Positions 44,951-51,134 of a stretch of DNA of 51,134 nt are shown here, piece after piece (the first letter of the stretch is position 1; every line of letters starts with the position of its first letter). The notes beneath the pieces were generated by a model, which did not search any database, was not told the origin of the DNA, and saw nothing but the letters and a program-made list of their open reading frames with translations. The stretch comes from Klebsormidium nitens (Eukaryota; Plantae; Klebsormidiophyceae), in contig DF237589.1 of NCBI GenBank assembly GCA_000708835.1, positions 1 to 51,134 of the forward strand, in the 5' to 3' direction. Position numbers and translations under genes: made by a program.

Positions 44951-46531
44951 ATTAGCTTCTAAGCTCTTCACAACAAGAGTTTTCACTTTCAGCCTCTGAA
45001 GACACTATGTCCACGATAGTAAAGACCACTGCTAATAGCGGCGACCAGCGACGCGCACGCAAGGGAGGCATCACAACCTGATTGTGTGGCATGATAAGCG
45101 CCGCTATGTGTCAAAGTTGAACGCCCTGCCCCAATGAGTTCCATTTAAATTCAATCCGTTTGAAAGTACAGCACCACCCTCCTCTTGCAAAGCGAGCGGC
45201 ACATGCTGGAAAACATCCAAGAAGCTCAGCAGAGCAAATGCCCCCAGCTAGTTGTCAGTACTTCAGTTGAATGCGATCAACAAGAGAGTTGTGCACTTGA
45301 ATGATGATTGCACACGCAAAAATACCAAGGTCCACCGCGTATTGCACACACACCTTGATCCGGAGTTGCGACGCGACCAGATCATTGTAATGGTCGATCT
45401 CGCCTCTCGCTCACCATAGCGCTGCTGAATCCTTGCGCAATCTTTGAATCCAGAAGTCCACATACATATGGTGACACAGTTCGTGGAACAGAATGTATGT
45501 CTTTGGCTGAGTGCACTTGGGGGAGGGCCAACGCGTAGACTTGGGGCCGCTCAGCCGAGTGGCTTAGCTCAGTGTACATAGTGACACTGACAGGGAAGGC
45601 TCGCGGCTTGCCAGAGCCTTGCAAGGGGTCTTGCGAGTCAGGCAGCCTTCAGTGTGGCTTTTAAGGTTGCCTAGGCGCATAGCTTATGGGATTTGGGGCC
45701 AGACCGGGCACTTTCACTGCTTCCNNNNNNNNNNNNNNNNNNNNNNNNNNNNNNNNNNNNNNNNNNNNNNNNNNNNNNNNNNNNNNNNNNNNNNNNNNNN
45801 NNNNNNNNNNNNNNNNNNNNNNNNNNNNNNNNNNNNNNNNNNNNNNNNNNNNNNNNNNNNNNNNNNNNNNNNNNNNNNNNNNNNNNNNNNNNNNNNNNNN
45901 NNNNNNNNNNNNNNNNNNNNNNNNNNNNNNNNNNNNNNNNNNNNNNNNNNNNNNNNNNNNNNNNNNNNNNNNNNNNNNNNNNNNNNNNNNNNNNNNNNNN
46001 NNNNNNNNNNNNNNNNNNNNNNNNNNNNNNNNNNNNNNNNNNNNNNNNNNNNNNNNNNNNNNNNNNNNNNNNNNNNNNNNNNNNNNNNNNNNNNNNNNNN
46101 NNNNNNNNNNNNNNNNNNNNNNNNNNNNNNNNNNNNNNNNNNNNNATGATTTATCGACGGCGCTCACAGAAGCCCTGCTCATCGGACGGCCGAGAGAGTT
46201 GGGTGGTTTTTGAGACTCGCGCCGCCCCACTAGGTACGGTACATCGCGCACCCAGCATACCACGTGACCTGCTCGGCAGGTGTGCTGCCAGGAAGCTCCA
46301 GTCTGGATTCTGGGAGGGGAAGCCTAACGTAGGTAGCACTCGACGTCGCGTCACGAATGTCAGGGGCGCAGGAGGACTTGATTGCCGTTGACCCCGCACA
46401 TTGAGGACAGCCTGGAGGAAGACAGTCAAGACTAGTCCAGTGTTTGTTGCTTGGCTGCTGTGCGTTTGGGCTGCCCACACGGTGCGGTGGACGGGTTGCT
46501 TTGGCTGGGGTAAGCGCTGCTCGTGGGCACA

Positions 46532-48915
46532 ATGCCCCGCGCGGAGCCTGGCATGCGGCCGCCTCCGGGAGAGTCGGCGGGGCAGAATAGCCGGGGAGTG
46601 ATGGCCAAGCACAAGGCAGCCGGTGGGGGGCACTCCGTGAGCAAGTCGGAGGACTGGTCCCCTGCTGCCGGGGCGGGGAAGGCCAAGCGCGTCGACTGGG
46701 GCGCATACAGCGAGCGAGCAGGCAAGGGGACACTGCCTCCCGAGTCAGCCCCACGCGGCGCGCCAGGGCACAACCCCTTTGAGGGCGACAGGAGGACGTC
46801 CAGTGCAGAGAATGACGACCCCACAGTTCTTCAGACAGACTGGTTCAAGCTGCTGACGCCGCAGGTGAGGACTTAATGGAAGATTTGCAGCTGTGGGAGC
46901 GGGCTGGCAGGGGGTGCAGAAAACAGGAGGTGCCCTTTGCATTCCTGCCCTGACCCCGAGCCTGAGAGCTGTGCCGCACAATGCCGTGGTGGTCTTAGCA
47001 GAGGGTTTTCTTGGGATTGTGTCGGAAGGGGCCCCATGTTTCTGAAAGATAGAAAGTGCCCTGCCTCAGGCGGGCCAGCACGAAGGTGCCCACTCCTTTG
47101 GAAGTTGTTCTTCGAGACGGTCAGCCCCTTGGAGATTTGCAACCCCCGCTTCCCTGCACTCCATTGCCCGTAATGGCTGGTGCACGCCCCCCTCTTGCTC
47201 TCTGACACTGTCGTTCCTGACCACGAGTCGGCGTTCTGCTCTGCCGCTGCCTTCAGGAGCAAGAGGCTGCAATGCTGCGCGTGGCGGAGAAGACGACGGC
47301 GGATGCGCGGCGCGTGCTCAAGATTGCTGAGGACACTCGCGACATTGGCGCCAACACGCTGGTGACGCTGCACGAGCAGGGGGAGCAGATCCGGCGCACG
47401 CACCAGACGGCCGTGCAGGTCGACCAGGAGCTGTCCAAGGTGACCCCGCCACGCACCGCAGCGCCCCAGCATTGGCCTCAGCAGCTGGACAAATACATGT
47501 TGTGTGGACGACACAGGGATCCCCCTGGCCCAACCGCGCTCAGGGTCTTGTCTGCCATTCGAGAGCTGCCCTGTTGAAGTGTCGGCTCTTGTCTGTTGTG
47601 CCTGGCTCCCCCTGCCGCTGAATGCGGAGGTGCGCGCGTGCAGGGCGAGAAGATGCTGGGCAAGTTGGGGCCCATCTTCAGCCGCACCTGGAAGCCCAAG
47701 AAGGGGCGAGCCATTGCGGGGCCGCTGGACGCACCAGGTGAGCCACCTAGACCACTGCCCGCAGCAGGCAGTCTACGCACTGGACACGGCCAAGTAGCAT
47801 CCCTTCGGCACTGGTCCCCCCTTTGTGCGCTTGTCCTGAGGCTGACCTCGGGGCAACGGGCGGCGTGCAGAGCTGGCGGTGCAGGGGGGTCCCCGGGACA
47901 AGCAGCAGCGGGCTGCGCTGATGCAGCAGGGGAAAGGCAAGGGCCGCGACACGGCGGCGCTGTCGGATTCGGAGGCGGAAATACGGCGGCCAAAGAGCGT
48001 GGTGGAGGTGAGCCCCCCACTCCCGCAGCAGGCGGCCCAGGAGTGTGCCAGGCAGGGTGGCCCCTTGTGTGCTTGCCTGCGTGTGGGGGGAACATGGCGC
48101 ATCCACCTTATGTGGATCCACCCCCGGGAGCGGCCCCTGTGCAATGTTGCGGCGGTGGCCTGCCCTCATCAGTTGTGCTGCATGGCTGCCCTGGCTGCAC
48201 TAACACGCGTGGAGGCTCATTGCTGCAGCTAGAACACGAGAAGCAGGACGAGATCTTTGACGGGGTGAGCAAGGCGCTGGACGACATGAAGAAGATGAGC
48301 ATCGACATGGGCCGCGAGCTGGGCAGGTGAGGCCGCCCGCACAGCACAAGCAGCACATCCCCAGATTGCTTTGGTTCTGAGCGACCACCAAATTGCTACC
48401 AGAATATACATTTGATTCTAATGGGAGCGGTTTCCTTGGGGTTTCTATGGCTCGAGAGAAGGAGTCGAAAGGAGTCGAGGGGTTGAGGCGGGTCGTTGGT
48501 GACATAATCGGTGTCTCATGTAAGATCTTATACTACTTTGCGACCTGCACACCTGCGGCCGAGTAGCCTACTGAAAAGCTCACTCTCTAGGGTGTTACAC
48601 CTGCACTGGGCTTGGGAAAAGCCCTGTTTGTGCATTGTTTACTTGTGCGTTGTACTTGTGGAGCAGGCAGAGATTCTATTCTCACGCTTTGGAAGAGGCG
48701 TCATCATGAAATGGTCAAGCTTCTTCCCCAGCGCCAGGAGAAGAAACGTGCCTTTGCCATGCCGACTTGTGACCAATGGCTGGTCCTTGGTCTCTTCTTG
48801 CAGGCAAGAGCAGGGCGTTGACCATCTGACAACAGACGTGACCACTCTCAACAAGAGGCTGGAGGGCACCCATAAACGGGCCGTGAATCTAATGCACAAG
48901 GGAATATTCTACTAA
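46532..48915 (+). CDS. SNAP25-family (Qb+Qc) t-SNARE, spliced
   Basis: NPF motif, then VLKIAEDTRDIGANTLVTLHEQGEQIRR (Qb), GEKMLGKLGPIFSRTWKPKK, EKQDEIFDGVSKALDDMKKMSIDMGRELGR|QEQGVDHLTTDVTTLNKRL (Qc). GT-AG exons. Confidence 0.92.
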
Positions 48916-50522
48916 GTGGGGGTTGAGTTCGAGACTTGTCCGTCTATTTGGACCGGGACTAAGTGCAATGCAACCGGTTCCGAAGAGGTAATATGAACGT
49001 GGTTTGAGATGGGAGCGCTGCAGCGAGTGGATTCACACCCTTTGCTAGTTGCACATACGCGGAGCCCATCGTGGTGGGCAACCCGAAGTGCGTGCACACA
49101 AGTAAAGTGGCAACCAAAGTTTTAGGCTGGAAATCTATTATGTACATAATCGTTCTTGTGGTTTAAACCCTGAGGCATTCCCGAATTCAATTGTACTGTC
49201 TTCCTTTGTTCACAATTTAGAGCCCAGATTCTGCAGCGATCCTTTTCAGCCAGTCAAACAAACTTCGAAACAACGTGCAGCAGGAGACCATGAGAGCTGC
49301 AGTATCCAAGGACAGAATCTGGTTTTTACTTTGCCAAACATCCTGACGGTTGCGAGCACGTGGTCACATCAGGCCGGCAGATGGCAGCTCTGTACATATC
49401 GAATAAGATCGTTCACTATTGTGATCCGCAATTGCAAGCACTGCTGTGGTACTGCACATAGGTGTATGGCAGGGTGCAGGGCACACATGCCAAACGATAG
49501 CCGCGGTGGCGCTCCCATGCTAATTGACATACTGACGGCTCAATCATTGGCAAGTGCACACATACTCGGGCCCCTTATCGAAAACTTTGCACCCAATCAA
49601 GATATATATGTTGATTTCGGTACGGAGTGTTCGAATTAGGTCCCATGCAGAGGCGTGGGAGTACATGTGATATTTCGCGTCGATTCCATAAATTTCAAGG
49701 CTTATGAATTGCGACTGGCCACGTGCGACGTTTTGGGTGCCCAAGATATGCATGATACGTCAGAAGTGATCATGTACCTAGCTCACCACTCGGCTGGCAT
49801 GAGTGGTTCAATGGCCCATGGTGAATATACTCAAGCTACCTGCATGCAATTGTACGTAAAGAGGTAGCTTGATCTCGCAATCTTCATGACCGCTGATGGC
49901 AGCTTCGGAGGATTCAAGGCCATCGTGTACATTGCCCTAGCTGTCGACTCCAGCTTCACCTAGAGGCGGCTATAGATGGATACAAAAACATGCAGTCGCA
50001 AACAAAGCTAGTGGATATCCCCACCTCAATCACTGGCTACATTTCTGGGAGCTATCATTGCAAAAGTTGGTGCCCATGCTGCCTCCGCACATGCTGCTTT
50101 TGGCCAGCACTGCCGCCGGATCTAACATCGAGTCTCCAAAATCTTGAATGTACAAGCACCCGAAGGACCTCAGGTTAAACAACCCGCTCTTATGAGATTG
50201 AAAAGCTGCATCCTAGCAAAAGATACACTTTGGGTTTGGTTCCCTCAACACAATTCCCCAACTGCATGCCAAATGTTTGGATACGGACTTTGTTGCCTTA
50301 GGATCAGTGGGCCAGCTGGTCAGCGTTTGTTAGGATTATGTAACGTGCAGCCATAAATTAGTAAGGCAGTCCCTGTAACTGTTTCTTATACAAATAATGA
50401 AGTCTGCTTAAGACACCAACCTTCTACCTCGGTTAGTAGGACAATTTGCGGACGTCTGACTATCAACGTGTTTGAATAACGAGAACTTGGAGGCAATGCA
50501 GAAAGTTGGCAAGAAAGGCTTC

Positions 50523-50840
50523 TCAGCAGGTCACCAGAAATGCGGAGGTGTCAGACTGCAAACGAGAAAAGGAGGGATACTTAGTATGAAACGGTGTTAC
50601 CAACATCCGCTGTACATATGACACGGAAGAAGCGAGCGGAAGAGCTTGGACGGCTGTATCAGCGTGCCTTCGTAGTATCACTGGAGGATGTGTGATTCCT
50701 CTACAAGAGAAAATAAATTGCGTTTCCTCGAACCAGAAGGACTCACCCGATGTTGGCACCACAGCAACAATCCTGTCTCCAACAGGGGCCCGACATACAG
50801 GGCACTCTTGCCGGCCTTGTGAGCACTCCCTGCACACTAG
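50523..50840 (-). CDS. Probable terminal exon with the C-terminal half of a RING finger
   Basis: CRECSQGRQECPVCRAPVGDRI follows a TTTTATCTAG acceptor. The rest of the gene was not identified. Confidence 0.45.
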   Translation of the reverse strand, partial: LVCRECSQGRQECPVCRAPVGDRIVAVVPTSGESFWFEETQFIFSCRGITHPPVILRRHADTAVQALPLASSVSYVQRMLVTPFHTKYPSFSRLQSDTSAFLVTC

Positions 50841-51134
50841 ATAAAACAAAGGAAGGCAGAATCAAAAGACACAAAGAAAACCCGTGGAGGAGCCTTTCAA
50901 CATAAACGCGGCCAATTGGCCGCCAGCCCTAAGAGCCAGATCTTGACGGTACGTGATTCCCAAGCGGCCATCACCCGTGATGCAGCCACCCGTACTGGGT
51001 CACACGACCTTGCTGGAGTGACAGGCCGTTGGGGCGTAGCGCGTGACTCCCACTCCTCCCATTTGCATAGACTATGTTCATTGTGTCATTTGAATAGAAT
51101 AGAGGACGAGGACCATTTCGTTTTCGAGTGCCCA

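Noticed and set aside
6214-46391. ORFs in the track that span N runs (e.g. 7977-8822, 32773-33498, 40834-42768, 41558-43675, 45619-46391)
   Set aside because: Their lengths are artefacts of translating gaps; only the sequenced portions were evaluated.
1-51134. tRNA, rRNA or other structured RNA genes
   Set aside because: None were recognisable by eye; a covariance-model scan would be needed.

Overview
Eukaryotic nuclear scaffold with six N-gaps. GC-rich spliced genes with GTGAGC/GTGCGC donors and TGCAG acceptors suggest a green alga or charophyte, Klebsormidium-like (inference). Layout: (i) 1-9.5 kb is a Ty1/copia graveyard, including a complete LTR element (6215-9530, TSD GAATG) that keeps only gag and protease. 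(ii) 12.8-24.5 kb holds three spliced, probably plastid-targeted housekeeping genes: D-glycerate 3-kinase, PurM/AIR synthase and acetylornithine aminotransferase. (iii) 25.7-45 kb is an accessory island. It has a spliced Crinkler-type REase+FunK1-like kinase gene; a compact intronless cassette of tyrosine recombinase, small basic ORF and Prim-Pol/SF3 helicase with no visible capsid or packaging genes; a repeat block with ATTACCC/GGGTAAT inverted motifs; a spliced KDZ-superfamily transposase with a foreign ORF nested in its predicted intron; and a 119-bp tandem array. (iv) 46.5-51 kb holds a SNAP25-type SNARE gene and a RING-finger exon. The most interesting candidate is the YR + Prim-Pol-helicase cassette, which looks like a capsid-less, self-replicating integrative element or virus satellite. 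All domain calls come from motif recognition by eye; no searches were run.
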